From Callorhinchus milii (taxonomy: Eukaryota), in assembly GCF_018977255.1 (NCBI RefSeq), contig NW_024705515.1:1-37844 (forward strand): 37,844 nucleotides of DNA, given 5' to 3'. Below the pieces are notes generated by a model that was given only the letters and a program-made list of their open reading frames with translations, had not been told where the DNA came from and made no database searches. Position 1 is the stretch's first letter, and each line of letters begins with the position of its first letter. Of this stretch, positions 25,120-37,041 are shown piece by piece. Both the position numbers and the translations under genes were made by a program.

Positions 25120-26408
25120 GTAAATGATTCAGTCTGTGATCATTCTTTTCATTTCTCACATTTTCGCTGAAGCACAGCTTCAGAAACTCTGACAAAGATT
25201 GTATTCCACACGATGTCAGCTTATTATTATTAAATCCCTTGTTTTTGGGGGTGAAGTTGCCTCCTTCCCCCGCCTTCCATCCATCCGCCGGCACTCTGTG
25301 TTGGTTTATTTTGTTCTCACTGTTCCGTCTCAGGAGAGGATTTAATCCTTGAATCAGACTTGTTTTCAGACCTGAACTAAAACATATTGAAATACGCAGT
25401 GTGTCCTTAGGATAATGAGTAGTGTTTCATTGATGAAAGTCCCTCAATCGCTTCACCTTGTGAGCGAAATAGGGAAATAGCAGTAGGCATTGTCCAATAG
25501 GAAGGTCTTCCGATGTGATCTAAAAGAGCAATCACGGAGGTGGGATTGAGGAAGAGTGCTGCAGAGTTCCAGGGAAAGCTCTGACCTGTTAATTGCTGAG
25601 AGACGCTATTCTGGGTGACAGGCGCTACATGCGTACAAGATGATGATTTTGTTGCTGGAATGATCTGTCCGACAACTTCAACACTTCTAAACTGGAATGC
25701 GTCCTTGACTTAATTATTTCCTTTACAATATTGAATGAACAGGACTATTTCCTTTCTTTGTTTGAATTTTAACCCCAAATTATTGGGAACATTAAAGGCG
25801 ATTTGCATCTTCCATCTGTGCATGACAATTTTAATTTATACTGACTGACTGTCACATGGAGAAAGGGTGTTAACGGAAGGTAAATTGATATACTCCACGA
25901 CCACCTTGTCCGCACCTTATTTAATGCCATACTTATATAAACCCCAGTCACAGAACTTTAATACCTTCGTTCTTTTCTTCAAATCGCCTCAATGATTGAC
26001 ATGCTTCTACACTCTGTTCTCACGTCCCACTACCCACACGTCGATTTCAGTTCCCTTTTGCCTTTCTTCTTGTATGAATTATACAATCGGAGTAGCATTG
26101 TCCCACTTCGCCCTCTACCAGTAAGTTCCAGGTGACATATGAGGAAAGGTGGCTGCAGCAACCTTAAGTTTATTTTGTTATGAGGTACACCGTGAAGTCT
26201 CACTCATGATTTCCTCTATATTGTAAGTAATTCATTGACGCAGACCTCAAACATCTTCAATCGCTTCAAATAACTTACGATATGGAGCAGTGACTTTGTA
26301 GACTAATGTGGCAGCTAAGTTGCTTGTTAGGATTACTATTATACTTATGGTCATCCTACGTGATTGGAAATCAAGTACAAATACGTGTAACCTGTGATCT
26401 TTTTGCAG

Positions 26409-26735
26409 ATCGTTTGAGGCTGGTGAATGGCAGCAGCCCGTGTGCCTGGAGAGTGGAGGTTTACCACGATGGGCAATGGGGCACAATGAATCGCAATGGC
26501 TCTGGTGGCTATGGTTGGGATATGTTGGACGCGGCTGTGGTGTGTAAGCAGTTGGGCTGTGGAGCCGCGCTGTCAGCATCAGGAGACGCTCACTTTGGCG
26601 AAGGCTCAGATCCCGTTGTGACGGATCATGTTCAGTGCAGTGGGAGTGAGTCTACTCTGAGGGATTGTCAGTCTCAGCCCTGGGGTCACTATTCCTGGTT
26701 TCCGCACTCCTCTGATGCCGGCGTCATCTGCTCAG
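26409..26735 (+). CDS. SRCR domain exon B (lacks Cys2 and Cys7)
   Basis: 327 nt, phase 1-1, AG/GT boundaries, SRCR consensus; GRVE has become WRVE. Confidence 0.93.
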
Positions 26736-27826
26736 GTAAATAATTCATTTTCTATTTTTTTTTCTGTGCTCATATTAAAAGTATAGAAGTATTTTCGGTA
26801 AACCGTAGTTTGCGAAACTCTGGAAAAGTTTGTAATCCACATTTATTCCACATCTTATTATTACGAAATCCCTGGTTGGGGGACACACTGCCTCTTTCCA
26901 CGTCCGGCACTCTGACGCCGCTCAATACTGGTTTTATTATTCTCCCTTTTTACTACTCAGGAGAGGCTTCAAACCTTAAATCAGAATTGTTTTCAGACCA
27001 GCTCTAAATTTACTGAAATGTGCGGCGCATCCTCAGGATAATGATTAGTGTACTCGAAAGCCTTCCATCTTCACTTAAAGTGCCAAATTAAATGAGATCA
27101 CGAACTTCTATCAGATTTCCAGATAGACAGCTTCAATTCAGAACAACTCGCTGTGACCGAAACCATTTGATTAATTTACTTGTGTTATTGGGATGTAGAA
27201 TTTGCTATCACATAAAGTGTTCTAAATAAGATCCACTTTGAGTCGAAACTGAAAGAGAAGCAGCTTGAATTCACATAGCACAACAACAACTCGGAGTTCT
27301 TAAAGTTGCTAAAACTTGATGATGAATAAGGGAGAGTCGGGAGGTCATCAAACTACTCGCTACCTTGTGATCATGGTGCCTTACAAACGAAACTTGTTGC
27401 AATTATTTGAGTTTTTGCATCAAGATCGATATATGTGGACGGACCGAGGGAAGGAAAGAAGACCTGAGGTTGAGGGAATATGTATGAGTATAGAAAAGTA
27501 TATGAAAGACCAGGCTTAAAAAGGGTAGGATCAGGGATGGGTAGAAATAAGGAATGAACAGCTTGCTGTGAGAGCACGAACAAACGTGGTGTGTGAAATG
27601 GCCTCCACTGATCACTGCTGTAAATATCTCCGATTCTTCTGGCACGTTTCCACCTCTGGCTGTTTGTGATTATATGAGACTTATGCCGTCTGATCACTGA
27701 CTCATGGACTAACGACAATAATATTATGAGTTTCAGCTTATTTCACTATGCATATATCACCTAAATTGAACATCATCCGAAGTAATCTTCTAAAATATCT
27801 AACTGACGAAACCTTTTCTGTTTCAG

Positions 27827-27859
27827 GTCCACAAGTCGATAGTCAAGCTAAGAAATTAG
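27827..27859 (+). CDS. Duplicate of exon 2 (33 nt): (G)PQVDSQAKKL(D)
   Basis: Identical to 23296-23328 with intact splice sites; usage unknown. Confidence 0.55.
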   Translation, partial: VHKSIVKLRN

Positions 27860-28503
27860 GTGAGATTATTTTTGATAATTTATTCGTTCCGCAGCGCAAC
27901 ATTCACAAAATACCATTACATCAAAACTATGCTGCCAACACCAAACTCCGCACTCGCAACACTCCAGCCTCGGCTCATCCTCCCGACATAAGCGGTGTTA
28001 AATATAATGCAAATGCAATTTTCTGCAGCTTTTATACTTGCCAGTCTCCTTTGGCTTCCACGAGCAGAACAAATATTTTGAGCTATCCTCATATGATGCA
28101 GTAACCGTCCTGCATATACTCCACTCATCTACCAAAACCATCTGTCCACTGGCTTCGGCCTCAATGACAACTACTTGCATTTTGATAGCGGCATTCATGC
28201 AGCGTAGCGTCCCAGAGCGCCTGCGACAGCAGTACCGCCACCGAGAGAAAGAGGGAGGTCGAAGGGAAACTCTTCCTTTATTATCCAAACGTGTAGTCAA
28301 GGAGTGGTTATTGAGGAAAAGTGTTCCAGTGTTTCTGGACAAGCTCTGCCCTGTTAAGGGTTCGGAGACACGATGAGATGTATTCAATTTGCGGGAAAAG
28401 ATCATCACATCAAAAGCAATACCTTGTTGTATTCTGTTATATATGCAGCGCCTTTTTCACGACGGTTTATCGGTGATAAGCTCTGCATACATACAAACAA
28501 CAC

Positions 28504-28825
28504 AGTCCTGGAGCTCAGTGGTTAGAGCACTCGCTTTACTAGCGAGAGAGCTGAGTTCAGTTCCACGTAGGGCGAAACCTTGGGCAAGTTTCCTTACTCC
28601 ACACGCCTACTAATAATCCCTCCAAATAAACAACAAAAACAATAATAAATTGGTCATTTTCAATACATGGCTCTTTGTGGGACGCTGGTGTGCTCAATTG
28701 GCTGCCGCGTTCGCCCACAAACATACAGTTAATGCACTTTACAGTCTATACTGTGAAGCGCTTTGAGACGTCGAGAAGACGTGAAAAGCGCTATATCAAA
28801 TGCAAGGATTGTTGTTATTATTATT
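28504..28825 (+). mobile_element. SINE (duplicate of 23761-24082)
   Basis: Same position within duplication copy 2. Confidence 0.92.
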
Positions 28826-29519
28826 GTTTAAAAAACAAGAAAATACTGTTCTTGTTGTGACGATCTATCCCGCAACTTCAAAACATGGCATCTTGGGTCT
28901 GTCCTTGTATTTTTTCTTTGCTTACAATCCTGAATTCAGACGAATATTTCCTCTACTTGTGTGAATTTTAAACTCATATTTGTGGGAACGCTCAGGGCGA
29001 TTTATGTCTTCCATGTGATCATGACAACTTTAATATATGCTGACTGATTGCTTCACTGTGAGAAGTGTGTGAATGGAATCTAAACTGATCTGCTCCCAGA
29101 TCCCCTTTTCCCCACCTCATGTAATCTCCTCTTTTAACCAATCCATGTAACACACGTTTAATATGCTCGTTCTGTACTTCAAACCATCTCAAGATTTATA
29201 CGTTCCTCCAGCCTACTCTCCCACCCAACTATCCACACCTTGATTCCAGTCCACGTTCACCTTTCGGCTTGTATCAATTATACCACAGATTAATATTGTC
29301 CCACATCCCGCTAAACCAATGAATGTTAGCTGACATGTGGGGACACCTCTATATGCCGCAACTCTTCCAGTGCTTCACAGAATTTACTGTTAAGAGCAGT
29401 GAATGTGCAGGCAAATGCGGCAGCTGGGTTACCTACAACGAGTATTACTATTATAATTATGATTATCTTGCGTGATTGGAATGAAGTACAAAGGCGTGTT
29501 GCTTGTGACATTTTTGCAG

Positions 29520-29882
29520 ATCATTTGAGGCTGGTGAATGGCAGCAGCCCCTGTGCCGGGAGAGTGGAGGTTTACCACGATGGGCAATGGGGCACAGTGC
29601 ACGGTTCTGGCTGGGATCTGAAGGCCGCGGCTGTGGTGTGTGAGGAGTTGGGCTGTGGAGCCGCACTCTCAGCACCAGGAGACGCTCACTTTGGCGAAGG
29701 CACTAGTCCCAAATTGATGTATAATGCTCAGTGCAAAGGGAACTAGTCTGCTCTGAGGGATTGCGAATCAGACAGGGGTGAAGATTCCGTGTTTTCGAAG
29801 TACTCTATGTCCACTGAATCAGAGCATGATTACTATGCGTACTTTTCGTCAGACTCCTCTCATGCCGGCGTCATCTGCTCAG
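29520..29882 (+). pseudogene. SRCR exon A' with an in-frame nonsense codon (pseudo-exon)
   Basis: Copy of exon A; GAG>TAG at 29744-29746; splice sites intact. Confidence 0.88.
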
Positions 29883-31171
29883 GTAAATGATTCAGTCTGT
29901 GATCAATTTTTTCATTTCTCACATTTTCGCTGAAGCACAGCTTCAGAAACTCTGACAAAGATTGTGTTCCACACAAAGTCAGCTTATTATTATTAAATCC
30001 CTTGTTTTGGGGGGTGAAGTTGCCCCCTTCCCCTGCCTTCCATCCATCCGCCGGCACTCTGTGTTGATTTATTTTGTTCTCACTATTCCGGCTCAGGAGA
30101 GGATTTAATCCTTGAATCAGACTTGTTTTCAGACCTGAACTAAAACATATTGAAATACGCAGTGTGTCCTTAGGATAATGAGTAGTGTTTCATCGATGAA
30201 AGTCCCTCAATCGCTTCACCTTGTGAGCGAAAGAGGGAAATAGCAGTAGGCATTGTCCAATAGGAAGGTCTTCCGATGTGATCTAAAAGAGCAATCACGG
30301 AGGTGGGATTGAGGAAGAGTGCTGCAGAGTTCCAGGGAAAGCTCTGACCTGTTAATTGCTGAGAGACGCTATTCTGGGTGACAGGCGCTACATGCGTACA
30401 AGATGATGATTTTGTTGCTGGAATGATCTGTCCGACAACTTCAACACTTCTAAACTGGAATGCGTCCTTGACTTAATTATTTCCTTTACAATGTTGAATG
30501 AACAGGACTATTTCCTTTCTTTGTTTGAATTTTAACCCCAAATTATTGGGAACATTAAAGGCGATTTGCATCTTCCATCTGTGCATGACAATTTTAATTT
30601 ATACTGACTGACTGTCACATGGAGAAAGGGTGTTAACGGAAGGTAAATTGATATACTCCACGACCACCTTGTCCGCACCTTATTTAATGCCATACTTATA
30701 TAAACCCCAGTCACAGAACTTTAATACCTTCGTTCTTTTCTTCAAATCGCCTCAATGATTGACATGCTTCTACACTCTGTTCTCACGTCCCACTACCCAC
30801 ACGTCGATTTCAGTTCCCTTTTGCCTTTCTTCTTGTATGAATTATACAATCGGAGTAGCATTGTCCCACTTCGCCCTCTACCAGTAAGTTCCAGGTGACA
30901 TATGAGGAATGGTGGCTGCAGCAACCTTAAGTTTATTTTGTTATGAGGTACACCGTGAAGTCTCACTCATGATTTCCTCTATATTGTAAGTAATTCATTG
31001 ACGCAGACCTCAAACATCTTCAATCGCTTCAAATAACTTACGATATGTAGCAGTGACTTTGTGGACTAATGTGGCAGCTAAGTTGCTTGTTAGGATTACT
31101 ATTATACTTATGGTCATCCTACGTGATTGGAAATCAAGTACAAATACGTGTAACCTGTGATCTTTTTGCAG

Positions 31172-31495
31172 ATCGTTTGAGGCTGGTGAATGGCAGCAGC
31201 CCGTGTGCCTGGAGAGTGGAGGTTTACCACGATGTGCAAAGGGGCACAATGAATCGCAATGGCTCTGGTGGCTATGGTTGGGATATGTTGGACGCGGCTG
31301 TGGTGTGTAAGCAGTTGGGCTGTGGAGCCGCGCTGTCAGCATCAGGAGACGCTCACTTTGGCGAAGGCTCAGAACCCGTTGTGACGGATCATGTTCATTG
31401 CAGAGGGAATGAGTCTACTCTGTGGGACTGTCAGTCTCAGCCCTGGGGTCACTATTCCTGGTCGCACTCCTCTGATGCCGGCGTCATCTGCTCAG
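31172..31495 (+). CDS. SRCR domain exon B' (open; conserved GQW changed to VQR)
   Basis: 324 nt, phase 1-1, AG/GT boundaries; copy of B with substitutions and one codon fewer. Confidence 0.8.
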
Positions 31496-32399
31496 GTAAA
31501 TAATTAATTTTCTATTTTTTTTTCTGTCCTCTATAGAGAAGAGAAATATTTTTGTTAAACCGCAGTTTGCGAAACTCTGGAAAAGCTTGTAATCCACATT
31601 TTTTCGCCATCTTATTATTAAATCCCTGGTATGGGGTCACGCTGTCCCTTTCCCCTTTCCGCCCTCTGCAGCCGCTCAATATTGGTTTCATTGTTCGCCC
31701 TTTTTACTACTCAGGAGAGGCTTCAAACCTTAAATCAGAATTGTTTTCAGACCAGCTCTAAATTTACGGAAATGTGCAGCGTTTCCTCAGGATAATGACT
31801 AGTGTTTCATCCAAGACAATTCCTTGATCGCTGCCCTGTGTGGGCGACCCCGACCTTGGAGAAAGACGGAGTTGACCGAAGGCATAGTCCAACAGCAAAT
31901 TCTTCAGATTTCATCTAAAAGCGGAGCCAGGGAGGAGGGATTGAGGAAGTTTGAATGTTCTTGTGCAAGCTCTGACCTGCTAGTTGCTGAGAGAAGCTGT
32001 TCTGCGTGACAGGCGCTGCTTATATACAAGATGATGTTGTTGTTGCTATGATGATCTATCCAACACATCAATGCATCTTACATGGAGTCTATCCTCGACT
32101 TACTTCTTTCCTTTACAACAGTGAATGGAGAGGAATATTTTCTCTGGTTTTTGGATTTTAACGCCATGTTTGGGGGAGCACTTAAGGCGATTTTTGCCTT
32201 CCATCTGAGCATGACAGTTTTAATGTTATTGACTGCCTCTCTTATTTTGATAGGAGTATGACCAGTTTGTAAATAGATATGCTTCCCAATCACGCTTTCC
32301 CCAAATAATGCAATCTCCTATTTAAACACAACTTTAGTATCCTTCTTATGTTGTTCAAATCGTCCCATGATTTATAATAATAATGATAATATTTTATAA

Positions 32400-32621
32400 A
32401 AATAATAATAATAATCCCTCCAAAACCAAAAACTATAATAAATTGGTCATTTTCAATCTACGACTGTTTGTGGGATATTGCTGTGCGCAATTCGCTGCCG
32501 CGTTCTCCCACAAAAACACAGTCATTTCGTTTTACAGGGTGTTCTGTGAAGCGCCTTGAGACGTCCTACCGACGTCAAAAGCGCTATATCAAATGCAAGC
32601 ATTATTATTATTATTACTATT
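32400..32621 (+). mobile_element. 5'-truncated SINE with 10-bp TSD ATGATTTATA
   Basis: SINE body and tail without the tRNA head; TSD at 32367-32376 and 32622-32631; the paralogous intron (~24450) shows the empty site. Confidence 0.88.
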
Positions 32622-33017
32622 ATGATTTATACGCTTCTCCACCCTCCATCGACAGTGCACACCTCGATTCCAGTTAACGTTTACCAACCATCTGTAGAAT
32701 CCGAATAACATTACACACATCAAACTGAACTTACGAGTGCCAGAAGTCAAACGAGAACACATGAATGCAGCGCCTTAAATGTATTTTGTTCTGAAAACCA
32801 TTGCGACTTTCCATTCATGATTTCCGTTATGCTGCATAAAAATCATTGACACAGAATGGAAATCGCCTCAATGGAACCACATAATTTACTGCGGGGAACA
32901 ATGACTGTGTAGGCGAGTGCGGCAGCTCGGTTAAGGACTAGAATTATTATTATAATTATGAGTATCCTGCGTGATTGGAAATCAAACCCAAATGCGTGTT
33001 GCTGGTGATTTTTGCAG

Positions 33018-33341
33018 ATTATCTCAGGCTGGTGAATGGCGGCAGCCCATGTGCCGGGAGAGTGGAGGTCTACCACGATGGAGAGTGGGGCACAGTGAAT
33101 GGCTATGGCTCTGGTGACAGTGTTTGGGATATGTTGGACGCGGCTGTGGTGTGTAAGGAGTTGGGCTGTGGAGCCGCGCTGTCAGCATCAGGAGACGCTC
33201 ACTTTGGGAAGGGCTCAGGTCCCGTTGTGACGCATAATGTTCAGTGCAGAGGGAGTGAGTCTACTCTGAGGGGTTGTCAGTCATATCCCTGGAGTCACTA
33301 TACATTGTCACACTCCTCTGATGTCGGCGTCATCTGCTCAG
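33018..33341 (+). CDS. SRCR domain exon C (lacks Cys2 and Cys7)
   Basis: 324 nt, phase 1-1; YLRLVNGGSPCAGRVEVYHDGEWGTV..DVGVICS. Confidence 0.95.
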
Positions 33342-34093
33342 GTAAATAATTTTCAGTCTCCCATCAATTTTTTCAATCCTCATATTTTCGGTAAACCACA
33401 GTTTGAGAAACTCTGATAGAGATTGCATTCCACATGATGTCAGTTTGTCAGTTTTAAATCCGTAGTTTTTTTTGGGGGGTCACACCGCCGCCATCCTCTC
33501 CTCACCAGCCCCCACCCTCAACCCCGCTACCGCCCGCCCGCCAGCCCTCCTCCGTCGTTCAATGTTGATTTTCTTTGTCCTCCATGTTTCTGCTCAACTG
33601 TAGCTTCAATCCTTGAATGAAATAAGTTTTCAGGACGGAAGTAAAATATATTTATTTTAAATATATGCGTCCTTAAGATAATAATTAGTAATTAATCCTA
33701 GAGAATCCCTCAATCCCTGGCTAGCACCTCGCCCGGCACCCCACCCCCGGCTCCGGGTCAACCACGATTAAACGGTCCTAGATATGGTACGATTGCAAGT
33801 TTTTTTTTAACACATTTCCCCTTTCCCGACCAAAGTGTCGCAGATAATACGTAGTAACCAATGTGACAGTAGATCTTGTGAAGAGGTTCGAGACGTCCAG
33901 CTGTCATAAATGGCTCAATGTCAAAAATGATGATGGTTATAATCTGGAATTAAATTTGCAAGTTGTAAAAATATAATTTTCTAACTGCAGTATGAAACCT
34001 GCGTGCAGTAGTGTTTATTATTTCAACTCAAACGGCTTTCCGTCCTGCCCCTCTAGCTCACTTGCTGTGCTGCTGATTGCCCCATCCCAACCT

Positions 34094-34377
34094 TAATAAT
34101 AATAATAATAATCCTTGCATTTGATATAGCGCTTTTCATGTCAGGAGGACATCCCAAAGCGCTTCACAGAACACACTGTAAAGTGAATTGACTGTATATT
34201 TGTGGGCGAACGCGGCAGCCAATTGCGCACAGCAATGTCCCACAAACAGTCGTGGATTGCAAATGACCAATTTATTATTATTTTTGGTTTTCGAGGGATT
34301 ATTATTAGGCGCGTGGAATAAGGAAACTTGCCCAAGGTTTCGCCCTCTGCCTGGAATTGAACTCAGGTCTCTCGCTT
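34094..34377 (-). mobile_element. SINE lacking the 5' half of its tRNA head
   Basis: Reverse-complement copy that stops within the anticodon-like arm. Confidence 0.92.
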
Positions 34378-35068
34378 CAAAGTTTTCAGCCCGGAGCTAA
34401 AATATATTTAAACCCGCATTGCGTCCTTAAGGTAATAATAAGTATTTCATCCAAGACTGTTGCTCAGTCGCCTGGTCAGCACCTTTCATATTTTGTGTCA
34501 CGCGCCTTTGGTTATTCTTCACCATAACGATAATTATAATTATAATTAAAAAACGATTTTGATTATAATTTGGAATTACATTTGTAAATGGTAAAAAAAA
34601 TCTAACTGGAGCATGTATCCTGCACATAGAAGTGTTTATTATTTCAACTCGAACGGCTTTTCGTCCTACCCGTCAAGTTCATTTGCTGTGCTCCTTCGTC
34701 CCCCGTCTCCCTCCTTATCCCCACATCTTCTTGGTGATATATATTGACGCTTGGCCAAAACTGCAAATTATTCCACGAACAAAACACAGAATCATTGATC
34801 ATAATGGATCGTGAGAAGAGCTTTCAGGCTTCACCTCAAAGAGAAAGCCCATGTTTCAGAAATCTCTTTCTCCCCAAAACATTTCCTTTCACAACCGACT
34901 GCCTGGACCATAATTTTTTAAGAGCAATATATTGTTCAACTTAGCGTGACATAACCGCAGCCATCCTTTTTGGTTCCCACGCGCATCTGTTCATCTCTTT
35001 ATCTTTGGCTCCGCATATCCACCTCCTTAAGTATAGCATACCGACTTTAGTCTCTTTTCCTCTTCCTT

Positions 35069-36360
35069 CGGTCGACCACGCTATCCTACTCCACCGCTTG
35101 TCCTCCCACCTCAACCTTCAAGGCACTGTCCTTGAATGGTTTAGCTCTTACCTTTCCCACCGTCTTCACTTCGTCTCAACGAATGGCTTCTCCTCCACCC
35201 CCCGTACTGTCTCATGTGGTGTCCCTCAGGGCTCTGTCCTCGGTCCCCTCCTCTTCACCCTCTATATGCTCCCCCTTGGTGACACCATCCGCAGACATGG
35301 GGTTAACTTCCACATGTATGTGGATGACACACAACTCTACCTTTCCTCCTCTACTCTCAACTCCACGACCACCGATGTCCTGACAGCTGTCTGTCCGACA
35401 TCGAATCCTGGACGAGAGACAACTTTCTTCAGCTCAACGTGCGAAAACCGAGGCCCTCCTGATTGGCTCACGTCAGCGCCTCCGCACCTCAGGCGCTGAC
35501 ACCATCAGCATCCAAGGCTGCACTCTCCACCTCTCAAAGCCAGTCAGGAACCTCGGCGTTTTGTTCGACCCTGAGCTGTCCTTTCTCCCTCACATCCGCA
35601 CCACAACTGGCACCGCCTTCCATCACCTACGGAACATCGCCAGACTACGGCACTACCTCACCCCTCACGCTGCTGAAACTCTGGTTCACGCCTTTGTCAC
35701 TTCAAGGCTGGACTATGGTAACTCTCTCCTCGCCGGCCTTCCCGGCACCTCCCTCCACAAGCTGCAGGTCATTCAGAACTCTGCAGCTCGTGTACTGTCC
35801 CGCACCAGACACCGCGACCACACCAAACCCACGATCGCTCGCCTCCACTGGCTCCCCATCCCCCAGAGGATTGATTTCAAGATCCTCATCCTCACCTACA
35901 AGGCCATTCACGGCCTTGCTCCCTCCTACCTCTCCAACCTACTATCCCCCTACCTACCTGCCCGTACCCTCCGTTCCTCTGGCTCCGGTCTGCTCCACGA
36001 CCCCCGCCCCAACCGCCCTACTATCGGTGGTCGGGCCTTCAGCCTCTCAGCCCCCAGGCTCTGGAACTCTATCCCCCAGTGCCTTCGCCGCTTCCTCCCT
36101 TTCCTCCTTCAAGCCGGTCTCAAAACCTTCTCTTTGACCGTGCCTTCAGCTCCCCTCTCGACTCTCTTCCTCCTCCTCGCTCCCTCCCTTCCCTCCCCTC
36201 ACCCTGACCATTTCCCCCTCCTCTCTCCCTCCCTTCCCTCCCCTCACCCTGACCATTTCCCCTCTGCTCGGGTCATGACCCAACTGTGCAGCGCCTTGGG
36301 ACGTCCTCCTGACGTGAAAGGCGCTCTATAAATGGAATCCTGTTGTTGTTGTTGTTGTTG
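35069..36360 (+). mobile_element. 5'-truncated L2 LINE (same family as 5990-7550), intronic
   Basis: [25 protein letters not shown]-terminal LHWLPIPQRIDFKIL; 3' stem-loop and (TTG)n tail. Confidence 0.96.
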
Positions 36361-36789
36361 TTTCTTAAATATCGCCTTCCGTCTCCAGCTATTCCCAAAG
36401 AATCCGAAAGCTTAATGCGTGTCCTCGTACACAGACGTGATGTCTCCTGTTATTTCCAAACATTCTTTCCCAGCTGAACACAAGCTCCACATCATTTATT
36501 CCTGCAGGACGTGTTTGTCCCGCACGAATAGATGCATTATGACCTGTTTTCAGCAGACATATAATTCGATGTAATACTTTCTGTGATCTCTTGCTTTCTG
36601 AACACAATATCCGCTTCTGGAGTATCCATCACTCCATGCTCATCTGCTGATAAACCTCGGAAAACCCAATGCCTCTCGCCCGCAGTTTACCATGTGATGG
36701 TATTGATAAGGTCTCCGGTTTTGTTGTATTTTGTTGTATATAGATATTGAAAGTATCCTTGATGGTTATTTATTTTCTGTAATTGGCAG

Positions 36790-37041
36790 GAACTGAAACT
36801 CCCAGACTGGTGAACGGAGGCAGCAGGTGTTCGGGAAGAGTAGAGTTGCACATCATGGAAACTTGGGGTACAGTTTGTGGAGATACCCTGACCATGGAGA
36901 TTGCAGAATATATTTGTAAATCTTTGGGATGTGGATTTCCTGTATCAGTATCCGGTGACTCTCGCTTTGGAGAAGGTTCGGGGCCAGTTATTGGTCGGCC
37001 TGACTGCGGACACGAGCGAGATGGTGGCATAATCTGTTCAG
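36790..37041 (+). CDS. Short SRCR domain exon D (84 codons; lacks the Cys5-Cys6 segment)
   Basis: ttggcag acceptor, gtacag donor, phase 1-1; PRLVNGGSRCSGRVEL..WGTVCGD..ICKSLGCG..FGEGSGPVIGRPDCGHERDGGIICS. Confidence 0.9.

Larger units (their letters stand above)
22524..27051 (+). repeat. Intragenic tandem duplication, copy 1 (exon2 + SINE + SRCR-A + SRCR-B)
   Basis: Begins CTCGAAAGCCTTCC and ends GGATAATGATTAGTGT; repeated at 27053-31805. Confidence 0.96.
27053..31805 (+). repeat. Intragenic tandem duplication, copy 2
   Basis: Near-identical to copy 1 over most of its length; ~220 bp extra at 28082-28300 and ~20 bp extra near 29296-29318. Confidence 0.96.

Noticed and set aside
27998..28408. 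Overlapping 112-136 aa ORFs in the intron of duplication copy 2
   Set aside because: No recognisable domain; the region is partly deleted in copy 1.
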